DNA from: Octopus sinensis
Taxonomy: Eukaryota
Direction: 5' to 3'
DNA length: 64,000 nucleotides
Assembly (NCBI RefSeq): GCF_006345805.1
Contig: NC_043008.1
Coordinates: 77,190,001 to 77,254,000 of the forward strand
Shown here: positions 52,401 through 64,000 of the stretch, piece after piece
Layout: each line of letters starts with the position of its first letter
Numbering within the stretch: position 1 is the first letter of the stretch
Made by a program: the position numbers and the translations under genes
Notes under the pieces: generated by a model
Told to the model about the DNA's origin: nothing
The model's database searches: none
What the model saw: the letters and a program-made list of their open reading frames with translations, nothing else

Positions 52401-53019
52401 CAGACAAAGAGCAAAAATAATTTTTGTCAAAACTGACAAAAATTAATATTTTTACCCTGCAACAGGTAAAAAAATAACAGAAAAAAGAGTCGAACAGTAA
52501 TAATTTTTCCAGCAAAGCACAATTTTTTGCCCCGTAGGGCGAAAATTTCTGTTCACAAAACGATGACTGTTCAAATTCAACAAGTGTAACAAACAGTGCA
52601 ATAACAATAAACATTAATTTAAACAGAATGAACTCACAAAAGCAGCAGCAGCCCAAATTTGATGTAGCTAAAAGGGGCAACCCTGAACGAACTGATAAAG
52701 CTTATAGCTCTATATATATAATTCAGCCAACACATTGACTGATTTGCGCTAGTAGGTCGCCCGATCGAGAAAAATATCGGCATAATTGCGGTAAGCAGTG
52801 TTTACGTATAATCATAATTTAGGTTAGTTGAAGTATGTTTGCCACATATTTCATCTGCTAAAGGATTTTTTCCCACAGATTTTTTTCCCATCAAAGGTGT
52901 CAGGTAATGCTGAGTAAGTGCTATGGACAGACTATAGTTAGGCTCCAGGTTCGGTGATTATGCGAATGAGGAGTCCAACGTAGGTCATATATCAGCACGT
53001 GTATATATAAAAAAAATTA

Positions 53020-53150
53020 ACAGAATGAAATAAAAACCCAAGGCTGTGAGAAATTTCAGAACTTTTATAAATAGAAGGTCTTACAGCTGTTTCCGGGATA
53101 TTTTATATATCCCTTCATCGGAGACGGTGTGAGAAGATGGTTAAGCAATA
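53020..53150 (-). ncRNA. Penelope-like terminal repeat with minimal type-I hammerhead motif (53078-53125)
   Basis: Minus strand: GTCT CCGATGA A GGGATAT ataaa ATATCCC G GAAA CAGCTG TA AGAC; homologous to 57685-57810. Confidence 0.65.
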
Positions 53151-53252
53151 GTTATTCTAGATAGGGTATGAAATAGAGAGTGAAGTGGAGGAATGAAAAT
53201 AGACGTGAGATATGCAGGTATTTTGTATCTGTAGTTCCATTAGTTAGGCAGG

Positions 53253-53354
<102 letters not shown>

Positions 53355-53427
53355 ATTCCTGTACCGTGTGAGTAAGTGCCAATAGTATTTAAGGTACTAT
53401 TGGAATCTTATTTATATACCAGGAATC

Positions 53428-53498
<71 letters not shown>

Positions 53499-53512
53499 AC
53501 TATCTATCTCTT

Positions 53513-53613
<101 letters not shown>

Positions 53614-53650
53614 AAATAAATGGAGTTGAACGCAGATGCTATTCAAATTC

Positions 53651-53745
53651 CTTTACTTTCGACATATGTTTCGAAAACAACATTGGTTTTATTCCAAAGG
53701 AATAAACTGTATAAAATATTGCAATCTTCTCATCAAGAAAGAAAG
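53651..53745 (-). ncRNA. Best-preserved type-I hammerhead ribozyme-like motif
   Basis: Minus strand: CTTTCTTTC TTGATGA GAAGA..TTTATTCC ttt GGAATAAA..TTTTC GAAA CATATG TC GAAAGTAAAG; GUC triplet, only C3U in the core. Confidence 0.65.
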
Positions 53746-54489
53746 AGAACCTATCGCAACAACAAGACATTATAACAATTTTGATAACTGCATAAATGAT
53801 AAACAGAACGCTATTAAGTATTTAAAAGAAAAACGTTAGTAGATCCGACGTCAAAGGCAGACCCTAGAAAGAAAGGGGGTAAAGAAATAATAAGTAGAGA
53901 ACAAATAAAAAGGGATATATTGGTTAAAAATAAAGTTCAAAGGCTTGGAAGTAGATTTCTCTTTTGAAGTAAAGTGCAAGTTGAACTAAATGCTCAATCT
54001 ATAAAGACTGGTAAAATCACTTATATGAGCTAAAGGTATGTTTCTGCCAGTATTTACATTTGTAAGATCGCTCTATAAGTGTGTTAAGAAGGTGATTCTT
54101 AGAGAAGAGAATATGGAAGAGTTCAGAGTTGCAAATGTTACAAAATCCTTTGCCCTTATCACAGGGGAAAGATATGGACAGGATGAACCAATCTAACTAA
54201 AAATCTTTATTGTTGTCTTTAAGATACCAAACCAATTTACTTAGCCCTGTGCTATAACGTTTACTGCTATCCTTAAATGAAGAATAATGATTAGAAATCC
54301 TCTTAGATAACTGGGAAGAGGATGCGCCAATGTAGAATTAGACATCGGTACCGCAAGAAATTTTACATTGGTATATGGAATTCTTAATCTTAGAATTATA
54401 AGACATAAATTTAATTCTGTTGGGGTTGTTTCACAGCCTTGGATTTTTATCTCATTCTGTTAATATATATACATACATACACACACACA

Positions 54490-54562
<73 letters not shown>

Positions 54563-54739
54563 CATACATATACACATACATACAAACATATATACACACA
54601 CACATATATATCTAAACTTACCTGCATATATACATATATATATATATATTTACACACACATACATATATATCTAAACTTACCTTTACACACACACACACA
54701 TATATGTATATATATACATACAGTACAATCGGTGAGCCA

Positions 54740-55805
54740 CTGTCACTAACTATGCTGATGAGACAAAATTATCAAAGGCAATAAAAAAAAATCAAGATGA
54801 CGTCGCAACCTTACAGCGGGAGCTAAATTCGATATACAAGTGGGCTTCTGAAATAAACGACATGCAGTTTAATGCAGGGAAATTTCAAGTACTGCACTAT
54901 CAACACATGAATGCTCCACAGCCTGTATATACAGGATTCAAAGGCATTACAATCCTGAAGTCACAGGTAGTGAAAGTCTTAGTGATCGGTATGTGAAATG
55001 ATGCATCATTTCATATGCACATTACCAAGATAGCAGCGAAGTGCAGACAGCTGGCAGGATGGATGTAGATTATTGCATACCTCTCACGCCTTCGCTCCAG
55101 GAAGTAAAGTTGTAGTTTTCTCAGCCTTTCCCTGTAGCTCATCCGCTGCAATGTTTCAGTCTTTTCAATGTAGTGGTATTGGAATGCATCAAGCTTCGCT
55201 GTTAGTTTGGCACTATGTGGTGACCATAACAAGAGGCAGTAGTCAAAGCGGCCGAGGACAAATAGTTTCTTGGTCACTTGCTTTGCTTCAAGGCAAATTT
55301 TACTTCCTGGAGCGAAGGCGTGAGAGGTATGTAATAATCTACATATGGAAAATTGTAGAAGCGCTACTAACTAATATCGGCATTGAGTGGTATACAAATG
55401 CCAGACCTTTGCCGCCATTGTATTGTACTAAAGGTAGCATCCATTCCATCTAAATTTAGGACAAGGTACTGCAATAGTCTAGGGTTCAAAGGCCCACAGT
55501 TCTTCAACGCCCTGCCACAAAAATTAAGAAATTAGCATAAGGGGGAAGCAAATGTCTTCAAAAAGCAACTAGAGATCCTCCTGTCCACAATACTAGATGA
55601 ACCAACAGTTCAACATGAGGTGCATACGAGGGCAGCAGAATCAAACTCACTTATACACCAAATAGACCAACAGCTGGCACAAATGCACATACAGAAGTGG
55701 TGATGTGAAACACTCCGGACTGAAGAAACCAAAAAGACCCCAGTGGTACTCCAGCATGACCGCAACCGCATGGCTGAAACGAGTAAAAGAATAAAACAAT
55801 GAAAC
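54740..55805 (+). mobile_element. CR1/L2-group LINE 3' part with an internal inversion
   Basis: NYADETKL (YADD motif, ~54750), MQFNAGKFQVL, FLERRRERYVIIYIWK, GPQFFNALP; 55063-55277 inverted; tail GCTGAAACGAGTAAAAGAATAAAA. Confidence 0.85.
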
Positions 55806-55827
55806 AATAAAGCAATATACCAATATG

Positions 55828-55859
<32 letters not shown>

Positions 55860-55881
55860 AACGCATAAATACACACACACA

Positions 55882-55929
<48 letters not shown>

Positions 55930-55935
55930 TATATA

Positions 55936-55986
<51 letters not shown>

Positions 55987-55994
55987 ATATATAC

Positions 55995-56235
55995 GTGCAA
56001 GGAGGATTTCATAGGTGAAACTGGAAATTCTTTATGCCAACGAGCCAGGATTCACCGACAACATGTCCGACAGGAGGAACTGCACAAGATACCACTGAGT
56101 AAACACCTAGATACATGTGGAGAAGGAAAATTTAAGATCTTTCCCTTCTACAAATGTCCAAAGAATGACACCTCCTTCAGGAGGAATATGGAAAAATATT
56201 TCATGACTAAGTTCTCCCCCAAATTGAATGACTGA
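55995..56235 (+). mobile_element. Penelope-like GIY-YIG C-terminal fragment
   Basis: CKEDFIGETGNSLCQRARIHRQH..PLSKHLDTC..FKIFPF..R.NME.YF..KF.PKLN. Confidence 0.75.
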
Positions 56236-56304
56236 AAATATCTCTATAATAAGCTGTACCAGATGAAGGACCAAATTTGTTAAGTAAACTGTATTAAACA
56301 CACA

Positions 56305-56378
<74 letters not shown>

Positions 56379-56509
56379 CAATAATAAAAAGAATTCCGGA
56401 CAAGTCTTCTTTGAAATCGCCATTTTCTAAAAACCAAAAACCATTTACAGTTGCAAATAAATCAAAACAAAAGTGGCACTGATTGCTCTTAACAGCTTGA
56501 CCATTCTCA

Positions 56510-56932
56510 CCTTCTCCCCACTCACTACCCTCTTGTACTATCTTATATCCCTCCCCGCCACTACACACTCAATAACACTACAAAATGGTCAAAACTTAAA
56601 TTCTTTTCCCCAAGATCTTAGACCCCTCTTGGAGTAAGCACCCTGACCAACATCTATCAACTTCACAATAGATACCAGCAAGACATTTTTTCTTCTTCCC
56701 TCTCTCTCTTTTCTCCCCTCCCCTCTTTTTCCTTAACAGTCCTTCCAAATGCAAAAACACACACACACGCACACACACGCACACACACGCACACACACGC
56801 ACACACACACACACCACACACACACACATGCTCTCTCTCTCTCACACTTTCTCCTCATTCATCACCCTCTTGTACTATCTTATATCCCCACCACCACTAC
56901 AAACTCAATAACACTATAAAATGGTCAAAACT
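56510..56932 (+). repeat. ~75-bp direct repeat pair
   Basis: ACCCTCTTGTACTATCTTATATCCC..AACTCAATAACACTA.AAAATGGTCAAAACTT at ~56527 and ~56865. Confidence 0.85.
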
Positions 56933-57684
56933 TTTTCACAGGAACTTAGTTCGATTTGAAAACCCCACTAGAATGGGAGAAAGCGCTAATATATGATCTA
57001 AGTTATATGATGTATAAAAACACGTAATATACAAATAAATATCTGTAAATATAAAACCATCCGAATTTCTGAGTACCTCATTTCTTATAATATATGTATA
57101 TATATATATATTACTACTAAAACTACTACTCACTTTGGCATCACCCCACACATACCTTTCCTCTACCCATCCCTTAACGAAGCTGTCATATCATCTCTAC
57201 TTACATCTCTTACACTTATTCACTTCTTGCCTTCTCATCTCTTCATATCCCTACCCCACTCCTCTCCCATCCTCCCCACACATTATCTTGGCCACCAACC
57301 AACACTCCTTTTCTCACTTCTTTCATCCTTCACTTTTTTTTCACTCTTTTCACTTTTCTCTCTTTTATCTCTCTTCTCTCATTTTCTCTTACTGTTTTCA
57401 TTTTAATATATTTCTTCTATCATACACATCTCTCCCCACGCCATATCTATCCACGACTCTATACTCTGAAATAACCAAACATGAACTACTATTGGAACTT
57501 ACAGGAAACTTTTTACCACTTCTATACACTACTTTCCTCAAATAATGGAATTGCAGCTACAATATCTTTATATATTTTATATTTTACTTCTGCCGTCATT
57601 CTCTTATTTCCCTCTATATTTCCTATCCCATCCTTTTTCATAATAATTCCAAATTTCGAACTCAAATGTTTACCTCTATTTAAC

Positions 57685-57810
57685 TACCTCACATCATCTC
57701 TGATAAAGGGATATCCATAATATCCATAATATCCCCAAAACAGCTGTAAGATTATATCTATATCTTTTTTCCTAATAAATGTTCTGAAAACTCCTCACAG
57801 CCTTGCCTTT
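57685..57810 (+). ncRNA. Penelope-like terminal repeat with degenerate hammerhead motif (57696-57752)
   Basis: ATCT CTGATAA A GGGATAT..ATATCCC C AAAA CAGCTG TA AGAT; homolog of 53020-53150. Confidence 0.55.
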
Positions 57811-57849
57811 GTTATCTCATTTTGTCTAATATATATATATATATTATAT

Positions 57850-57914
<65 letters not shown>

Positions 57915-59532
57915 CATACATACATACATACATACATACATACATCATACATACATACATGCAGACATACACACACATGTATATATGTATATATATTCAA
58001 ACTCGAATATATACAGATACTCACATACGTGTATGCACACAAATACACACATACACATGTATCACATGTATGTGTATGTGTGTGTGCAAGCGTTATATAT
58101 GTATGCGTGTGTATGCATGCAAGTATGTATGTATGCATGTATGTATGTATGTATGTATGTATGTATGTATGTATGTATGTATGTATGTATGTATGTATGT
58201 AGGTAGGTAGGTATGTAGGTAGGCAGGTATTCACAGATTTGCAGTTAAAACTGGAGAGTGAACCCAATAATGAGAAGGACGTAGTTAATTTGTAGTGTGT
58301 CTGGTCTTTCCCTGATATTGTCTGGACACTCAACGCTTTCAGTTAATAAACCACTCGTTAGTTTATATTGATACATCTGCCTTCAACTGAGAGATGTTCC
58401 TAGTATGCTGTTATTTCCAATAAAAATTACCAGCTGAGAGCAATGCCTTGGCCCATAGACACAAGATGTTCCATAGACAGGGTTCGAACGACCCACTTTA
58501 TGTTCGTTTGTCTGATTTACTTATCTAAACTCTCTAAGAATTAGTTAAAATTAGTTTAAATATTCCAGCAATCTATTTGTTATAGGACAGAAAGGAGGAG
58601 AAACGAAAGAAAACAAAAATGAATATCGATTCTTGCAATTCTTTTTTTTAAATCGATTTAGCGACCGCTTTTCTCGGTGACCTTCACAAGCCAAGCTCTC
58701 TGACTTTTGCTAATCCTATTAACGTAACACCTGTGACCACTCTGCAAAACAAGGTATCACAGCTTCCAGAAATGTCTCGATAATTAAATTTTGCTATTTC
58801 CTTAATCTTTGATGAATATTCTTATCCTTGTTAAAAATATCGACCGTATCTAATTCGTTTTAATCATTGTTGTTCTTTTCAAGTCGACACACAGGAGTAA
58901 CTAGTAGATCTCCGAAAAAACATCAACTATGTTAAACAGACAGGCACCGTAACGAAAAAAAATCATAAAAGAAAATGGGCAACTTTAAGCTCAACAATTT
59001 CTAGTTTACATGTATGGAAATCATTGGAAATTTAATACATTTGCCGTAATATTAACATTTCATTTTCTGTATCAGTTATACAGTTAACCTTGTTTTCTTT
59101 ACCTCTGCTAGACGTCAAACCAGATCTATTCATGATTTTCATGCAAAGAAGTGAAGAGAGGGTATTTTTGTAAACATGAGACAACAGCTGCTCAAGTCGT
59201 TAAACTCGGTTTTTGTCAAATGAAAAACAAATTATTGACTATGATCAATACAAAGGTTTTAGTTTTAGTGTATAACTGAGCAGAGCAGCTGTGAAGTTTC
59301 AGTAACTAGTCAAAGACAAACAACATTTCTATCAGAGTCATATGAAATTTCCATAAACTAAGGTATCAACAAAGATTACATCTGCGTCATCTTATTTGCT
59401 TAAGGAAGAATCGTAATAATATATAACCTGCTTTTTCACATTATATGCACACAATTATATATACATACATACACAAATATATAAATACAGATATTGACAC
59501 GCGCGTGCACGCACACAAATGTATACATATAG

Positions 59533-59603
<71 letters not shown>

Positions 59604-60089
59604 TACTTATATATGTATACATGTATGTATATATGATATATAATTGCCAAGTCATATTTAAGATGTTCAAGTGCATTTGATTGCATTTCCCATATATCTT
59701 GGATGAGAATTTCTCCTGAGACAGTGAAAGGTGACGTCATTCACCGCCTAATATATGTTTTCAACATGTCGTCTAGACGATTTTCACCCAGAACTATTTC
59801 TGCAGTGGAAGGTTTGCCCACGTCCGAATGCACTGAAATGTGTTAAATATGACTTTACACGTATATGTACAAGCATATATATGCATACATATATACATAT
59901 AGATGCATATGCATGTATACATTCATATACATATGCATCCTATAAGATACAACTACTAGAGATGCAAACTCATGACTAGATTTTAGTCAAGAGAAGTCAC
60001 CCGATGGTATCCAACTTTCCTCTTGCGTTTCAGCCTTAAACCTTAGCATCGTTCAGTTGGCAGGTTGGAAGTAATGGTCAGTCAATGGC

Positions 60090-60760
60090 CATCTTCTTTT
60101 GTTTCTCATGCCGGCAAGTTTCTTTTTCAATCTGCGAACAGCGCTCTTCTTCTCTCTTCTTGCCACTTCCAGAACTACAAGCATTTTCCAGGCAGACTGT
60201 CGAGAAACCCATATGACCAACCTCAACTTCAAATAGCCAAACTTTTAAATCTTTTCCTTGCACTGTTAACCCAGTTCTTGGTAGTTGGTGACTTTCTTCT
60301 CTGAAACCACCTCATATTCCTCTTCCAGCGGAAGTGTCAGTTGTTTTTCTTATTTTCTCCGATCATATAACTATGACGGGCCTCAGGAATGTTTGATAAC
60401 CTTGGATAAAGTGAAGGTTCTTTCCTAGGTCCACTCTCATCATCTGTGATTGTGCTGCCTACGGGAGGTTCTCACTCTTTTTAAACACGATTGGCTTCTC
60501 CTACTTACTGATGAACTCTACATTCGGGGACAATCTCGCGTGAGTTTTGTATTTTCCTGTCTCTCCTATTCCCAGATATCATCTAATGCTTTGAGGACCT
60601 TATCATGGTGCTATCTATACCTCATCTAGCTAAGGGCAGTCTTGCTCTACTAGTACGAGTGTCAACTTACCTTCCTTCCACAACATCTACGCCATGGATC
60701 CTCCCATATGTTCTGCCCTTTAGTATTGGGAAAGTGTTTTTCACTAATCAGAATCAATGT
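60090..60760 (-). mobile_element. HERO-like element C-terminal (zinc finger and RLE) fragment
   Basis: LPNTKGQNIWED..R.HDKVLKAL..EEEYEVVSEKKVTNYQEL..KVWLFEVEVGHMGF, read across frameshifts. Confidence 0.6.
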
Positions 60761-62265
60761 TATAGAGTGAAATAATTAGATTTTTAGGCTGAACTCCCCA
60801 CTCAAACTAAAGTAACAGGCTGTATGAGTAATAATCCTTCTGGTCCACTATAGGCATACTCATAGAATAAGTAGCTCACTGGATTGTAACTTCGATATTT
60901 GCGTAAGACTTATCCAAAAGACTTGGCATGGTATAACAGAGGACTGCCTCAGAAACTGACCAACTATAGCAAATATCTGGTAAAATCTTTCCATCGTCAA
61001 ATTACTAATGAAGAAAGAGTCTGAAAGTTCATGAAAATCTGCATTTATGAAATCAATGCAGATTTGGGATCTGTCTTGGAACCGACCCTCTAATTGAAAT
61101 AAACAAGTAAGTGCCTCTTAAAAAGTTATCCACCAAAAATACACAAACAAGTAAAAAGAAAACGGAAAAGGTGCACTTACCTCCTAAACAGTCTTTCTTG
61201 AGCATGGGAAGTATGTCCAAAGGAAAACAAAGAAAAAAATGATTGATTTAAGAATGGTTTGTGTTGAATATTTAGGAGTGAAAGTGGGGAATATTTTGTT
61301 GATAATGGCTTAGTTACTGGCGGAATGGTAACATTCATGGCTCTCTACAAGACTTCCAGGACTGAATGGAAAAGATCATCCTTACACCAGAGATCTGATA
61401 CGAATATTTCTAAAAGTGTGCACTCTGCTATAACTACTCGAGTTGTACAAAATGACGTATTAACTCGCAAAAAAAACAAATACCAAAGTCACAATTCTTT
61501 GTACTCCATGATGCTAGCTGAAGGTCCTGCATACTGAACGAACCCGAAACCTCGCAGTGGCGAAACGAACATTTTACTAGACAGTCTATGTATATGACTC
61601 AGTGATTTTAATGTGTTTCTCAACTGTTTTAGTGATAGAAAATCGAAACCTAGTTACAGACTTATCTCCGATAGTTTTCCTGTAAGCATGACTGAGACTA
61701 TCTGACATTCATGCCTTTCCCATGACAGTGTAAGTAAAGTGTATTGGATTCAGTTGACAACAGAAAACAACTCGTACATTTCGTAGAATTAGTTCACTGA
61801 TACCAGACATGAAAATGACTCAACAAAAAACAAGGTTTAAACAGTGTTTTAAACACTACCGCGTCCTTGTAGGGTTTGCAGTCATGTCTCCCTTCCTTTA
61901 ATTACCTATTTTTCTTTTCCTTTCTATTGTGTGTGCGAAGAAGACATTGAATGTGACAGAGAAGAGGCTGCTTGTGAGAGGTTTCACTTGTTTCAGCCAA
62001 CAATTAAATAATAGCCTGAGAGAAAAATATTTAATAGAGATTGTCTATTGAAATAATATTGCCCGTGTCAATTAGTAAAACGGTTAAACGTGGCTGCAGT
62101 TTAGTTTATTTTATTGCAGCATTTAAGAGACATTTCATCGTTCTAATATTCTGAAGAAATCACACAAAATATCGCTTAAACATGTATGAAACAGAGAAAG
62201 AAAATAAACAGTTCTAGGGTGAAATCTTATAAAGATAACTTAAGAGCACGTACACACGTGCAAAG

Positions 62266-62330
<65 letters not shown>

Positions 62331-62580
62331 TACAAACACACATACAAAGTCACAGCTCATTATAAACTATCGTGAAGAGTAATGCCCATGTGACAAGGAA
62401 GCACGTGAGACTGGTGAATGTCAGCTACAATACTGGTCACAATTCACTGAAGTCTCGATCTAAAGATAATGTGTTGATACGCACACATTCACTCTTTCTT
62501 CCTTTCTCTCTCCCTCTCTTTCGGTAAACACTATAATCATGGTAAACAATATATCATAATATTTTAATATTGTGTTCATG

Positions 62581-62798
62581 TAAGGCGGTGAGTTGGCAGA
62601 ATCTTTACGCGCCGGACAAACGTCTTAGCGGCATTTCTTCCGAGCTTACTTTCTGAGTTCAAACGCTGCAAGGATCGACTTCACTTTTCAATTTTTCGAG
62701 GTCGATAAAATACGTACCAGCTGAGCACTGAGGTCAATGTTATCGACTTACCTCTCCACCGAATTTGCTGGTCTTGTGTAAACATTTGAAACCAATAT
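62581..62798 (+). mobile_element. tRNA-derived SINE (family of 22619-22833), diverged
   Basis: GGCGGTGAGTTGGCAGAATC head, GAGTTCAAA box, GTCGATAAAATA.GTACCAG body. Confidence 0.8.
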
Positions 62799-63570
62799 TT
62801 AGTTTACGGTTGACCACTTTTCAAGTCAAGTCAGTAGATATTTTAATTCACTTTCATGTTGTTGTTTAACCCTACTGTGACAGTGTCAGAGCGGTGTCCA
62901 ACTACAACCATCTCACCTTTTCCAAGTATAGAGTATCCCGAGCTACATTATCAGATGTATTCTCTTTGAAAGTGGTGGGTATAATTTAAAAGATTTGACT
63001 GCTAATTCTAACAAATACGTAAAAGGAGATAAGCTTCAGTATGAAGTTCAGAGTTGATTTGTTGTGGAACACTGTAATCATCATCATTATGACACACAGG
63101 TCCCAGTATGTTTGCAAGCTTTGGTGCGATCTATAATTTATTTCTTCTAATTAGTATTATAGTTGCTCTTGTAGAGATAATTTTCATTCAGCCTAGATGG
63201 TGTCTGCTTCTTCGTTGATGTTGCTAAAGAAATTAGTATGTTGCTAAAATCCGGATTAGAAACTGCTCACGGTTAAACCAATATAAGGTTTTATTATGTT
63301 GATATTAGTGAAGTATGATGTACCGTTGGTTTTGTGACACCCACGAGCGAACAACAGCATTACGTGTAAGAAGAAGATTACTGATTACAGTTTTTTTATC
63401 ATTGATATTTGCTACGTGTGAGCTGAGGTGAAATTACATTTGTAGCTGTAGATTTGTTTCATGTTATTTTGCCGAATATTTTACAGTATTTATAGTCTTT
63501 TTCTTTAGGTATTTAGCTTTGGAACAAATGAAGAAGTTACTAGAGCAGTTTGATCAGGTATTGAGACTTA

Positions 63571-64000
63571 CGAGGGGGTGCTGTAAAGTTCCTGACTTTG
63601 AGTGAAAGAAAATAAAGGAGGATCAGTTAATTACGATTTTTCAATATATTTCCCTCTCAGATTCACACACAAATTGCCGCAGTCCATCAGTTTTTCTAAG
63701 CCCTGTAGAAAAAACTGGGAAGTTTGGGCCTCCAAACAGGCCTTTGTAGCAGCGAACACTTCTGAATCGGAGTGAAATTTAGTTCCCTTGAGCTGTTTCT
63801 TCAGTTGTGGAAAGAAGTGATAACCGGACGGGGTCAAGTCAGGAGAGTAAGGTGGGTGGTATACCAATTCGAAGCCAAAGTCGCGTATTTTCCATAGAAT
63901 TTCATATGCTGTGTGTACTGGTGAATTGTCCTGCAAAAACAAGACACTATGGCTCAGCTTTCCACGGCGTTTCTGCTTCAAAACTTCACGCAGTTCGTCC
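63571..64000 (-). mobile_element. Mariner (D,D34D) transposon end running off the window; third catalytic Asp replaced by Gly
   Basis: TA then CGAGGGGGTGCTGTAAAGTTCC terminal repeat; QDNSPVH..HPPYSPDLTPSGY with 34 residues between the D and the G. Confidence 0.92.

Noticed and set aside
53850-54260. Further Penelope-like GIY-YIG fragment on the minus strand
   Set aside because: Only FPCDKGKGFCNIC and a weak TGR..LAHI patch are visible; too decayed to call
61175-61240. Possible minus-strand microexon (pyrimidine tract, then GAG|GTAAGT); a similar lone donor at 6611-6619
   Set aside because: Isolated consensus sites are expected by chance in 64 kb; it would need RNA-seq junction support

Overview
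Eukaryotic, AT-rich, microsatellite-dense DNA in which I can support no host protein-coding gene. The SINE families and repeat landscape look like an octopus (cephalopod) genome; that assignment is my pattern recognition, not a search result. The window is almost entirely decayed mobile DNA. (1) 18.8-34.3 kb is a nested array of non-LTR retrotransposons sitting in (ATT)n microsatellite: R4/Dong-like RLE elements on the minus strand, Tx1-like elements on the plus strand (one APE-RT copy of about 4.3 kb plus internally deleted relatives), and a tRNA-derived SINE. A plus-strand Dong-like copy (15.7-18.8 kb) and a HERO-like element (13.4-15.3 kb) adjoin it. (2) Penelope-like (GIY-YIG) fragments occur with about eight minimal type-I hammerhead-ribozyme-like motifs, mostly with palindromic stem III and all carrying at least one mutation. 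(3) A very recent complex inverted insertion (39745-41657) is built from three pieces of its own flanks, and a smaller inversion-duplication lies inside a CR1-like LINE at 55.1-55.3 kb. (4) Also present: three mariner remnants, CR1-like and RTE-like LINE pieces, a solo LTR, several SINEs, a MITE with telomere-type repeats, a 548-bp palindrome and a minisatellite with a higher-order duplication. All motif matches and alignments were made by eye, so element boundaries are approximate unless a junction sequence is quoted.
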